DNA of 64,000 nt from a virus (taxonomy: Duplodnaviria; Caudoviricetes), in IMG/VR virus record IMGVR_UViG_2848732850_000001, positions 2,123 through 66,122 of that record. One strand, 5' to 3'. Below, in pieces: positions 9,756-19,324 of the stretch; position 1 is the stretch's first letter, and every line of letters starts with the position of its first letter. A program made the translations under genes and the position numbers. The notes under the pieces are model-generated. The model was not told the DNA's origin. It searched no databases and saw only the letters and a list, made by a program, of their open reading frames with translations.

Positions 9756-10307
9756 ATGAATAAAATGATTTTAGTTTATAAGCAAGATTGGTTGATTAGT
9801 AGAATTTACGAGGTATCAGATAGGATAAGGCATAAAATAACCTACCAGACCGACTTCGAGGAACGGTGTATCGAACTAATCGGAAATTATCTCAGTTTAG
9901 ATAAGAATAATTACAAAAATAAACGGTACATCGACTTGATGATAAACAAAATAGCTTCTGATTCAGTAAATAATAGATACAAAAAAGAACATTACGAAGT
10001 GTTTAGCGAATTTTTGCAGGACGACACAAGCGAGGACGAAGAAATTAATCTCGATCCACCCGACGTTTTGGCGAACGTAGAGGCGGAAATTGAACAAAAA
10101 GAAGTGACCGCTGTTTTGGCGAACGGCGATCACAAAAAGGAATTAATTTTAGATTGTTGGACCATCGGTAACACTAACGGAAAAATGATTGCACGTATGT
10201 TGGCGCATACGTTTGGTGGCAATCCCGAAAGTCACCGAAAGTCAATAAACAGGTTTAAGTCAAACTGCTCTAAAAAATTGGCGTATTTTTATTCGGAAGC
10301 AGTCTAA
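9756..10307 (+). CDS. Putative phage transcription factor (sigma-like/HTH C-terminus)
   Basis: Helical protein with C-terminal IARMLA..FGG...SHRK.INRF HTH-like segment; divergent from the Xre gene. Confidence 0.5.
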   Translation: MNKMILVYKQDWLISRIYEVSDRIRHKITYQTDFEERCIELIGNYLSLDKNNYKNKRYIDLMINKIASDSVNNRYKKEHYEVFSEFLQDDTSEDEEINLDPPDVLANVEAEIEQKEVTAVLANGDHKKELILDCWTIGNTNGKMIARMLAHTFGGNPESHRKSINRFKSNCSKKLAYFYSEAV

Positions 10308-10349
10308 CTTTTTCTAGGTCTTATAGTGTATTTTTATAGACCTTTCTAC

Positions 10350-10378
10350 ATTATAAGACCTCTATATACTCAAGTCAA
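10350..10378 (-). promoter_or_regulatory. Near-consensus sigmaA promoter antisense to 9756-10307
   Basis: TTGACT-N17-TATAAT on the minus strand. Confidence 0.6.
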
Positions 10379-10526
10379 TCGAATAAAGGAGTTGTAATAA
10401 ATTGGCAATATTGTTTTCTAAATTGAAACAAAGACTCCAAAAAATTACAGTCACAGATGTTTTCTTTGTTGTCTGCTTCTTACTCATGATTCGATTTCTT
10501 TATTATTCTTTGACTCTTCATTAAGT

Positions 10527-10555
10527 ATTATAAACTAAAGTTTACATTTAATCAA
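10527..10555 (-). promoter_or_regulatory. SigmaA-like promoter, minus strand
   Basis: TTGATT-N17-TATAAT. Confidence 0.5.
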
Positions 10556-10614
10556 CAATAATGCCATAAATTTGCACAAAAATTGACGACTTTAAGACGA
10601 AAGGACGACGGAAA

Positions 10615-10776
10615 ATGTTAAGTATAGACGAAAACAAGACGATAACTATCAGCATTAACGAATTAATCGCACGCTCAACGCCCGATTACGACTACAACGG
10701 CGCACTTCAAGCGGACGAAGATCTAATGGACTACGTATTCTTGCCGTCCACACTAAAGGCGGTGCGTTGCGGATGA
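10615..10776 (+). CDS. Small hypothetical protein (53 aa), not in ORF track
   Basis: MLSIDENK...KAVRCG; ATGA overlap with the next gene. Confidence 0.5.
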   Translation: MLSIDENKTITISINELIARSTPDYDYNGALQADEDLMDYVFLPSTLKAVRCG

Positions 10777-11297
10777 AATCTGACGTACAGGTGACGAAAC
10801 ATGCGCGAGAAAGGGCTGAGCAACGATTTGGCATTCCGCGTAAACAAACCGGAAAGTGGTTGCGCCAGAAGTTCAGCAGAGCAACGCATATATCCGACAT
10901 AATCGGAGACGACGGAAACGAAGCGAGATTGTTCGTAGTAGACGGAATATTGCTCGTAGTAGACAAAGCTGAGGATCGGATTATCACGGTAATGACGCCT
11001 AACTGGACGAAAGAAACATGTGGTAAAATGCGAAACTTCGCCCGCCAAGAAATCACGAAAGAGAAAACGAAAGAACGACGTAGATTAAACGCACTTACCC
11101 GCCTGCAAGCGGAAATAGAAATAGAAATCGGCGAGTTGAGGTTGCGATTATTAAAGACGCGTAGCCTGCCCAAGAAATTGGCGATTCAAGGGAGGATTAA
11201 GGCGTTGAAAATGCGCTTAGAGGAGTTACCGCAAGAGGAACATATCATTAAGCGGAAACGGGTAGTTGCGGTACAGTCGTTGGCGCGAGTTTGGTAA
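10767..11297 (+). CDS. Hypothetical protein: N-terminal RelE/DUF4258-like motif plus coiled coil
   Basis: VTKHARERAEQR...IITV motif. Confidence 0.55.
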   Translation: MRMKSDVQVTKHARERAEQRFGIPRKQTGKWLRQKFSRATHISDIIGDDGNEARLFVVDGILLVVDKAEDRIITVMTPNWTKETCGKMRNFARQEITKEKTKERRRLNALTRLQAEIEIEIGELRLRLLKTRSLPKKLAIQGRIKALKMRLEELPQEEHIIKRKRVVAVQSLARVW

Positions 11298-11299
11298 TC

Positions 11300-11520
11300 T
11301 TACTCGCCCGTCCGCCGGAGGTTACGTAGCCCTGTGTTAGGTAAGTATGTCGCTGTCCTACTGCCAAGCGCTGGGACGGTTTCGCAGAGGAGTACGTGAC
11401 TTGCGACGGGCGGGAAGTAGCCTTTCGGAAATACCTGACGTAAGTAAGCCGCAAGCACCGTTTAGCTAGCGACTGAAAACGTTAGGAGTGCGCACTATTT
11501 CCGGGAGTACGTCCGAAAAA
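11300..11520 (+). ncRNA. Candidate structured RNA upstream of ssb
   Basis: Nested stems 11303-12/11405-14, 11319-28/11393-402, 11332-36/11383-87, 11352-60/11372-80 with many G-U pairs; GC-rich intergenic region. Confidence 0.55.
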
Positions 11521-11547
11521 ATTAAAACGAAAAGGAGCGAATGTTGA

Positions 11548-12312
11548 ATGGCAGACATTTTAACGGGAGCAGACGCATTGGGAGCGTTAAATGGCGAAGG
11601 CGGGAACGAAAATAACTCCATAGACTTTACGAAGTTTTCTAGCGGTACAACAATACTCGTAAAGGTGATCGGACAGGAAATAAACGGCACAGTAATCGGC
11701 GACTTCGCGATGTATTACAACTACGGAATCTTTAAAAAGGTCAACTCGTTTACTGCAAAGAACCCAAGCAAGAAATCGGCGAAAGGGTATCCAGTCGAAA
11801 ATTTAACGCCGTGGGATAAAGCATGGAAATATCACGCCGATAAATCAGAGGAATTCAACGACGAACACAGCAAAGAGGCAAACAAATACCGCGCTAAGCC
11901 GAAATTTATGTTCGGGTTTATCGACTTAGACTCCGGCAAGCCGATCGTAGTTGACTTAACGAAAAACCAAGCGCAAGCCGTCAATAACGCAATTAAGAAG
12001 TACGGAAACAAAGTCGACAAGTTAGCGTTCGAACTTTCGAAAGAAGGCGCAAGTACGAATACGACGGTAAGCCTAACGCCATATCTTGACGATTTAACAG
12101 CCGACCAGCAGAAGCACTTCGACAATGCGCCGGAAAAGTTCGACGGTAAGCTGTTCGAAAATATTTTGTACCAAGCGGACGATGACGAAATGGTCGGATT
12201 ACTAAAGCAGGCGGGTTTTGACGTAAGTTTGATCGGGCTAACCACGGAATCGACAACACAAGCCGACGACGACGAGCCTACGGAAATTGATGATTTGGAA
12301 CTTCCGTTCTAA
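11548..12312 (+). CDS. Single-stranded DNA-binding protein (gp32-like)
   Basis: Acidic tail ending DDLELPF; position in the replication cluster. Confidence 0.75.
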   Translation: MADILTGADALGALNGEGGNENNSIDFTKFSSGTTILVKVIGQEINGTVIGDFAMYYNYGIFKKVNSFTAKNPSKKSAKGYPVENLTPWDKAWKYHADKSEEFNDEHSKEANKYRAKPKFMFGFIDLDSGKPIVVDLTKNQAQAVNNAIKKYGNKVDKLAFELSKEGASTNTTVSLTPYLDDLTADQQKHFDNAPEKFDGKLFENILYQADDDEMVGLLKQAGFDVSLIGLTTESTTQADDDEPTEIDDLELPF

Positions 12313-12350
12313 GTGGACGGGAGTAACTGACGAAAACTAAACGAGGAGGA

Positions 12351-12830
12351 ATGCGAATAGTGGCTTACATAACCGAAACAGTGGGCGTATACTCCGAACT
12401 GATCGCCGAAGCTGCGTTAATGGCAGCCGGCTATGTTGGAGTCGCTCGCCCAACCACACGGGAATATTACGACTTAATAGCGACGGATAGAATCTCCGGA
12501 AAGGACGTCAAGTTTCAAGTAAAGACGCTGAAACGACGAGAAGATCGTGGAGATAACCTTGTACTTTACGCTAAGAAAGGCAACGGAGAGCGCTATAAAT
12601 CCGCAGAAGCTAACGACTATTTTATCGGTGTGCTGGTGGATGATGGCGTAATCCCTAGAGTGTTCCTCGTTGAAAATCGAGGTCTGTCCGAATATTGGAT
12701 TCGAGAGGAACACGCAAGCGAACGATGGGTTGAATTACCGTTGGCTATCGACAGGGGAACGCTAATGGACGAATTAGTACAGTCAACCGCGCAGGAAATT
12801 GACGAAGAACTACGAAAGGTCGGTGTATAA
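12351..12830 (+). CDS. PD-(D/E)XK nuclease-fold protein
   Basis: G..SE...YDL...FQVKT motif. Confidence 0.7.
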   Translation: MRIVAYITETVGVYSELIAEAALMAAGYVGVARPTTREYYDLIATDRISGKDVKFQVKTLKRREDRGDNLVLYAKKGNGERYKSAEANDYFIGVLVDDGVIPRVFLVENRGLSEYWIREEHASERWVELPLAIDRGTLMDELVQSTAQEIDEELRKVGV

Positions 12831-12999
12831 GTGATGGAAAAACGCTATAAGACGGAAATTAGACTAAACGGCGAAGTGTTCGGAGTATTGCCCGAGACTT
12901 TTCGGTCATTAACAGAAGCTAACGCAGCCGGACGTGTTTTTATTTACGGAATAGATCCGATATTTAAGCCGGGTTACAACGTAAAGGAGTGCGGTTAGC

Positions 13000-13239
13000 G
13001 TGGCAGATATTACAGGCTATGACGAATGGAAACTGGCGGACGGACTTAACGTAGACAACCGCAAGATTGTCGGAGAGTGCGCGAACTGTCTTGACGAGAT
13101 TTACGAAGGTAGCGAAGTTTGGCGGGGTATTAGCGGAGAATATGATGTTTGTTCGCTAGGATGTCTCGTACAGTTTACGAGCAAGTATGACGTGGATATT
13201 GACGAGTTTGACAAAAACGAAGCTAAAGGGGCGGAATAA
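13000..13239 (+). CDS. Small Cys-rich hypothetical protein
   Basis: GYDEWKL...CANC.DEIYEG...CS.GC. Confidence 0.6.
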   Translation: MADITGYDEWKLADGLNVDNRKIVGECANCLDEIYEGSEVWRGISGEYDVCSLGCLVQFTSKYDVDIDEFDKNEAKGAE

Positions 13240-13241
13240 GT

Positions 13242-14300
13242 ATGGCGAAACTAGAGGGCGTAGAAGTTGTCGACATGAAAGACGGAGAAGTGACGAAGGT
13301 TGAATATGAAGGTGCGGAGTATTCGAGGATTGACGTGCCAAAGGGCGGAGACATCGGACTTCGAGTCAATACTCATATTCCTAGAAGAGCGGAGGTCGGA
13401 AGATACTATAAAATTACAAGCAAGGTGATTGAAGAGTATAGGTATGTTTGCTACGTAGATGAAGAAGGAGACGAAATTAGACCAAGTAGTCCAGATAATT
13501 TCCATTATTTCCGAAAAGTCGAAACCCCAACGCTAGACTCCCGCGTAACCAAGCTCGAGCAGGACGTGGAAGAAATAAAGGAGAAACAGCAAGCGGAAGA
13601 ATCCGAAGAAACTAACGAAGAGGATACGGAGTTAAAGCATAAGGGTGGCGATAAAGTACGAATTGTAAAAGAAGGTACTCACGATTTTTCGGAAGGAGAA
13701 GTCGTTGAAATTTTCAAAGTTGACGAAGGGCATGACGGATCACAGCCGTATAAAGCACGATATTCAGACGGAGTTGTACCGGATTGCGCGTGGGTTTACG
13801 AAAGTGAAATTGAGCCAGCAAAACCGAAAATTGGCGACAAGGTGCGCGTTGTAAATGCGTTTATTACAAATGGGGAATACAAAAACGGCGATGTATTAAC
13901 GGTAAGATATATTGACAACGACGGAGATATTTACGTAAAAGAGCACGATAGTTTACTTTTTTCATGGGAAGTCGAAGTCATGACGGCAGCGGAAATCAAG
14001 GCTTGGGAGAAGTAACAGGGGGAAGAAAAGGCGAAGCAAGCAAAGGATGAAGCACGTGCGAAAAAGTGGGCGTCAATTGGACGTAAAGTTGGCGAATTTA
14101 AGGTGGGGGATATTGCGGAGGTTGTACAGAGCCCAAACGCATCTCCGGTAGGTACCTTAGTTGTAGTAACGGGCGCTGGTGAATCTAATGTGAGTGCAAT
14201 AGGTTGGTCTGTGCCACTTGGCACATCAATCGGCTATGGGTACAAAAAAGAGCATTTAAAACTAGTCACACCAGTAGAACAACGATTCGATCGCGACTAA
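13242..14300 (+). pseudogene. Multi-module (SH3/KOW-like repeat) phage protein interrupted by in-frame TAA at 14013-14015
   Basis: The same frame continues after the TAA (QGEEKAKQAKDEARAKKWASIGRKVGEFKVGDIA...) into ORF 14103-14300. Confidence 0.65.
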
Positions 14301-14343
14301 CCGATAGAACAACTAATAAAACGTCACAACCACGAAAGGAGGT

Positions 14344-16563
14344 TTGTCCGCATTGGCGGAGAAAAATACGAAGATTAAACTTACGTTAAATTTAACGCAG
14401 GAAAAAAGCGGCGAGGGGAAAGCGAAAGCTAAGGCGGCAGCCGAACGTAAAAAATCCGCAAACGAAACAATCGAAGAAGCGTGGCAACGTATATTTGCGA
14501 TGAAAAATTCGGAGAAGGACGCTGAACGCTTGCGAAAAGTTAAGGCGTATATGGACGCAGGCGAATTAGGACGTGAGCCAGTTCCGCAAGGTAAGCGACA
14601 AGGCAAGTTTAGCAAGGCGGAGGCTTTGCGGTTGTATAAGACGATTGCGGAGCGAGAGAAAGCGAAGAAATTACAGGAGTTGGTCGATAGTACTCCGGAG
14701 AATTACGCGCTAGTTACCGACAATAAATCAATCTTACGGATGAAGTCGGACATAGAGTCGTCGGAACTGGTCGGATTTGACTGTGAGACTTTCGGAGAAG
14801 CGTTAGACCCATGGCGTGGAGAAATGGCGGGGTTTTCCGTAAGTACAGATCACGCTCATTACTACGTGCCGTTGAATCACGTCCAACACGAAGTAGATGA
14901 TAAGGCAATCGTTAAATTTATCAAACCAACGTTAGAATCCGCAAAACTAGTAATGCATAACGCTCCGTTTGACTGTAAGTGGATGTACGTAAAATACGGC
15001 GTTAATTTAATCGACAACTTGCACGCAGACACACGTATCATGGCGATGTTACTGGACGAAAACAGATCGCATAGGCTAAAAGATTTAATGACGGATTGGA
15101 TGAAAGTACCTTCCGATAACTTTGACGAGTTGTTCGGCAAGACACCGTTCAGTGAAATCGACTTAGATATTGCGCTAGTATATGCGGCAGGGGATACGGA
15201 AAAGACGTTGGAATTATACCGTTGGATGATCGGACATTTTGACAGACGGGAGGACTTGCGAAAGCTAAAGCGGTTATTATTTGAGATAGAAATGCCAGTA
15301 GCTAGGACGTTTATTTGGTCGGACTTACGCGGGATTAGCTTCGATATTGAAAAAGCAAAAGAGTTAGACTATAAGTTTGCGAAAGAAGAAGCGCATTACA
15401 AGGCGGAAATTGATCGGATATTTGGCGAAGAAATCAACTTGAATTCTCCGGCACAATTAAAGCGCAAGTTGTTCGAGGATTTGAAGTTACCGGACATAGC
15501 AAACGGTTCAACTGGTGTAAAGGTTTTAAAAAAACTCGAAAATAAGCACGAAGTCATTTCACATATTTTAGAGTACCGCGGAGTAGGTAAATTAAGGCAA
15601 GCCTTTACGGAGAAATTACCTAACGAAATTAAGTACGATGGGAAAATACATCCGTGGCACAATACGCTAGGTGCTGCGACGGGAAGGTTTACGTGTAAGG
15701 ATCCGAACACACAGCAAATCCCCGCCAAACGACCGGAAGTACGGAAGCTGTTTGTCGCAGATAAAGGACGTATTTTAGTGTCGATGGACTTTTCGCAAAT
15801 TGAGTTACGGGTGTTAGCGCACATGGCTGACGAAAAAGTATTAATACACGCTTTTCATGACGGGCGCGACATCCACTCGACAACAGCGGCAATGATTTCC
15901 AACGGTAAATATACATACAAGGACATCGAAACTCACAAAGACACCGACGGTCATCAGTGCCAAAAGTTACGTAAGCAGGCGAAAGTAGTTAACTTCGGAA
16001 TTGTGTACGGAATGAGCGCTAAAGGTTTGTCCGATACGTTAGGTATTTCGAAAAAAGAAGCGCAAGAGATAATCGACAACTACTTTAAAGGTTATCCGGG
16101 AATATCAACGTATATGAACAAGCAAAAGCGAATGGCTCGTAAGAAAGGGTTTGTAACGGACATATTCGGAAGGAAACGGAGGTTACACGATTTTTATAAG
16201 TCGAAAAACGACTTCGATCACTTTAGAGCAGATAGACAAGGCGGTAACTTTCCAATTCAAGCGTCTGCTGGTTCAATGCTTAAAAAGGCTATCGTCGACT
16301 TGTCGGACGTGTTACCGAAGTATGATTCACATATATTGCTACAGGTTCACGATGAATTAGTGTTCGATTGCCCGGTGTCTATAAGCAAAGAAGCACTTTA
16401 CGACATTAGAGATACAATGACAAATGCCGTTGAATTAATTGTTCCGGTTAAGTCGGACATAGAAATATATCCGCACAGATGGATGGAAAAAGTAGAGGAA
16501 AACGAATGGTTCGCGCAAAAAAAGGAGCATAAACGGAGGGGATTAGATGACGAAGAAATATAA
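14344..16563 (+). CDS. polA: Family A DNA polymerase with 3'-5' exonuclease domain
   Basis: Exo FDCET/HNAPFD/YAAGD; pol DFSQIELRVLAH, RKQAKVVNFGIVYG, QVHDEL. Confidence 0.97.
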   Translation: MSALAEKNTKIKLTLNLTQEKSGEGKAKAKAAAERKKSANETIEEAWQRIFAMKNSEKDAERLRKVKAYMDAGELGREPVPQGKRQGKFSKAEALRLYKTIAEREKAKKLQELVDSTPENYALVTDNKSILRMKSDIESSELVGFDCETFGEALDPWRGEMAGFSVSTDHAHYYVPLNHVQHEVDDKAIVKFIKPTLESAKLVMHNAPFDCKWMYVKYGVNLIDNLHADTRIMAMLLDENRSHRLKDLMTDWMKVPSDNFDELFGKTPFSEIDLDIALVYAAGDTEKTLELYRWMIGHFDRREDLRKLKRLLFEIEMPVARTFIWSDLRGISFDIEKAKELDYKFAKEEAHYKAEIDRIFGEEINLNSPAQLKRKLFEDLKLPDIANGSTGVKVLKKLENKHEVISHILEYRGVGKLRQAFTEKLPNEIKYDGKIHPWHNTLGAATGRFTCKDPNTQQIPAKRPEVRKLFVADKGRILVSMDFSQIELRVLAHMADEKVLIHAFHDGRDIHSTTAAMISNGKYTYKDIETHKDTDGHQCQKLRKQAKVVNFGIVYGMSAKGLSDTLGISKKEAQEIIDNYFKGYPGISTYMNKQKRMARKKGFVTDIFGRKRRLHDFYKSKNDFDHFRADRQGGNFPIQASAGSMLKKAIVDLSDVLPKYDSHILLQVHDELVFDCPVSISKEALYDIRDTMTNAVELIVPVKSDIEIYPHRWMEKVEENEWFAQKKEHKRRGLDDEEI

Positions 16564-17449
16564 ATTATTTACGCACACGGATTTAGACGGAATAGGATGC
16601 GCTATTGTCGCAAAAGACATTCTCGGAAACGTAGACGTCGAGTATCTCGATTACCATAACGTAGATAAACGTATCACCGACTTTATTACAAACGAAAACC
16701 CTAGCGGTTACGAAGCGATTTATATTACGGACATTTCCGTCAACCGAGAAACAGCGGCACTAATCAAAAAATCAAACGCAGATTGGACGTTACTCGATCA
16801 CCACGCAACGGCAACGTGGCTTAACCAATTCGATTGGGCTAAAGTAGTCACGGAAAATGAATATGGAAAGGAAAGCGGAACTTCGCTGTTATTTAACGAA
16901 TTAGGTGGCGATAATATACTCGGAGAATTTGTAGAAAAAGTACGTCGTTATGATACGTGGGAATGGCACGATATTTATTCCGATCATAAAGCGAAGGAAT
17001 TAAACGACTTGCTTTTTATCGTCGGTAGAGATAGATTCGTAGAGCGTTTCAACCGTAATTTAGACTTAGAATTTACCGAGGCTGAACAATTGCTGCTCGA
17101 CTTAGAGCGTGAAAAGATTAACCGAATAATTGACGAAAAGAATAAGCAAATTAGAACGGGCGTAGTCAAGGTTAGCGGAGTCATGTACGAAATGGGCGTC
17201 ATCTTTTCTGAGGGATACACGTCTGAACTAGGTAACGTATTAGCTAAGTACAATCCATCGTTAGATTTAATCGCCATCATCAATCCGAGTCGTTCCGTTA
17301 GTTTGCGTACAATCAAGGACGATGTAAATGTCGGAGAGATTGCGAAGGAGTTTGGAGGCGGTGGACATCCGAAAGCTGCCGGATTTAGATTGGACGATAG
17401 TATAGTAGATTCATTTGTACATGACGTATTCAACAAGGAGCGTGATTAA
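16547..17449 (+). CDS. DHH/DHHA1 phosphoesterase (NrnB-like oligoribonuclease)
   Basis: HTDLDG, ITD, LDHH, SLR, GGGGHPKAAG. Confidence 0.9.
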   Translation: MTKKYKLFTHTDLDGIGCAIVAKDILGNVDVEYLDYHNVDKRITDFITNENPSGYEAIYITDISVNRETAALIKKSNADWTLLDHHATATWLNQFDWAKVVTENEYGKESGTSLLFNELGGDNILGEFVEKVRRYDTWEWHDIYSDHKAKELNDLLFIVGRDRFVERFNRNLDLEFTEAEQLLLDLEREKINRIIDEKNKQIRTGVVKVSGVMYEMGVIFSEGYTSELGNVLAKYNPSLDLIAIINPSRSVSLRTIKDDVNVGEIAKEFGGGGHPKAAGFRLDDSIVDSFVHDVFNKERD

Positions 17450-18496
17450 TTGACTAACGAAACTTTAACGAAACAACAATACGCAACTAAAATAGCGCAG
17501 GATTTCCACGATTTCATGTCGGAATTCCACTCGCACAACCAGCCGTACGACGATCTTATGGACGCTGATATTCACGAAAGATACGCAAAGGTGTTACGTA
17601 AACAATCGAAATGGGGTTATTTCGACTTCAAACGAAACCCCGACGGTATAAAGCGTCCATTTTTCGGACCATCTAGCGCAGGTTATTCCGACAGGGAACT
17701 ATACGAAAAGGCACGAGGCTCTAAGCGAGACCAACCGAATTTTACCGAAAACCAACGCGATTGGATCGGGCTAGGTTCACAGGTCGGCGATTACATACAA
17801 CGAGAAATTTTATTAGCGGAAAGGCATTACGAAAAGCTTACCGGTAGAAAGCCGAGATTCAAATTCGAACGACACGAAAACGGAAACCCACGATACGAGC
17901 ATTTTGACAAGAAAATGCACGAAATAGAACACAACGGACAGCACTTTGCTTATTTCGGACTACCTGACGGCATCCTAACGTACACAACGGACGAAGGCGA
18001 TAAAATACGAGTAGGACTCGAAGTAAAGTCGGTACAACAAAACTGGTCGAAATTTAAATCGATGGATGCTCCGAAATCTAGCCACGTAGCGCAGACAGTA
18101 GCTTACTCGGACATGTACGACTTTGACTACGTTATTATCTTGTACGTACTGACGTACGGGCGCGGTTGGTACGAAGATTTCAGTCGCTTGAAGCCATTCG
18201 GCTTGTACGTTTCGGAAACAGAACGCCAGCATTTGCGGGATAGGTGTTCGGAAGCTACTCGACAAGCTAAAGCAGGTACACCGCCGAAAGTCGATTTATC
18301 TGAATGGAAATTTAACGACTACAAGACGGTAATCGCTACGAGTCTGTCAGAAAGTGAGCTTGCGGAATTAAAGGAGCAGGCGAAGTTGGCGCAACAATCG
18401 AGTTTACCTGCGTGGCAGAAACGGAGCTATGACGAAGCGATTAACGAAATTAAGGAGATTAGGGAGAAAGAACTCGGAAAGGCAGGCGGTAATTGA
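17450..18496 (+). CDS. PD-(D/E)XK (RecB/Cas4-like) exonuclease
   Basis: PSSAG...G.PDGIL...LEVKS...H..Q...Y. Confidence 0.75.
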   Translation: MTNETLTKQQYATKIAQDFHDFMSEFHSHNQPYDDLMDADIHERYAKVLRKQSKWGYFDFKRNPDGIKRPFFGPSSAGYSDRELYEKARGSKRDQPNFTENQRDWIGLGSQVGDYIQREILLAERHYEKLTGRKPRFKFERHENGNPRYEHFDKKMHEIEHNGQHFAYFGLPDGILTYTTDEGDKIRVGLEVKSVQQNWSKFKSMDAPKSSHVAQTVAYSDMYDFDYVIILYVLTYGRGWYEDFSRLKPFGLYVSETERQHLRDRCSEATRQAKAGTPPKVDLSEWKFNDYKTVIATSLSESELAELKEQAKLAQQSSLPAWQKRSYDEAINEIKEIREKELGKAGGN

Positions 18497-18807
18497 TGGT
18501 GAAAAAAGGGAATTATAATATCCCATTTTACGAAGGAAATTTACAAAGCTACCCTTATGTTACCGATGAATGGCGAGACAATTATACCTTCGAAGATACG
18601 CTCGAATATAAAACGTACTACCGGGGAAGATCAAGCGTGACTATCGAATTTTCCGATTCAAAAGGTAATACATACGGAATGTTCATCTCTGATTTTGACG
18701 ACCTTGTGAACCGAAAAGGATTAAACGGAAAGAAAGTACACGGAAAATGGACGTTTGTTAAAAAAGGACAGAACTACGGAATAAGGCTGTGTGAAGATGA
18801 CGAATAA
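18493..18807 (+). CDS. Hypothetical phage protein
   Basis: RGRSS...Y.MF.SD...G.WTF.KKGQNYG conserved-looking small domain. Confidence 0.6.
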   Translation: MMVKKGNYNIPFYEGNLQSYPYVTDEWRDNYTFEDTLEYKTYYRGRSSVTIEFSDSKGNTYGMFISDFDDLVNRKGLNGKKVHGKWTFVKKGQNYGIRLCEDDE

Positions 18808-19324
18808 CCTACCCGCCCGAATCCTCGGCTTAGATTTGTCGCTATCCCGTCCGGGCGCAGCGATAATCGACATAGATAAACGGGGCAGAGCGAAAGTAAT
18901 AGCGGTATCCAACGTAAAAACAGACGCAGATCAGACGTATGCTTTACGAGGACGCATGATCGAGGCATGGCTACGTCTGTTCGTGGCGGAGCATAACACG
19001 AAACGCAAGCCCATTGCGTTAGTTGTTCGAGAGAAATATGCAGGCAAGTTCGGTCATGCTTCGATCTTCACCGCACACTCCGCAGCCGACAGAGTACTTT
19101 CCGACTTTGGGCTTGCGGGGTTAGAAACGGCAAAGCCAATCGCCCAGCAACGTGTAAAAAAGCTAGTAGTCGGAAAAGGACGAGCGGAAAAGGACGAAGT
19201 TGCGGATGCGGTGCGGAAATGGACGGGATATGACGGAGAGTTTGCAAGTTCGGATGAGTCGGATGCGTGTGCTGTAGCGTTGGCATGGGCGATTGAAAAC
19301 GAACTAATTGAAGGAGACGAATAA
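18791..19324 (+). CDS. RuvC-like Holliday junction resolvase
   Basis: ILGLDLS, VRE, VKK.V.GKG.A.K, DESDA. Confidence 0.88.
   Translation: MKMTNNLPARILGLDLSLSRPGAAIIDIDKRGRAKVIAVSNVKTDADQTYALRGRMIEAWLRLFVAEHNTKRKPIALVVREKYAGKFGHASIFTAHSAADRVLSDFGLAGLETAKPIAQQRVKKLVVGKGRAEKDEVADAVRKWTGYDGEFASSDESDACAVALAWAIENELIEGDE

Noticed and set aside
9357-10560. Arbitrium (aimR/aimP/aimX) system
   Set aside because: No TPR receptor-sized ORF or signal-peptide-bearing small peptide gene here
17450-18496. Cas4 linked to the CRISPR repeat
   Set aside because: Lacks the four-Cys cluster pattern, sits in the replication operon 18 kb away; better read as a phage exonuclease
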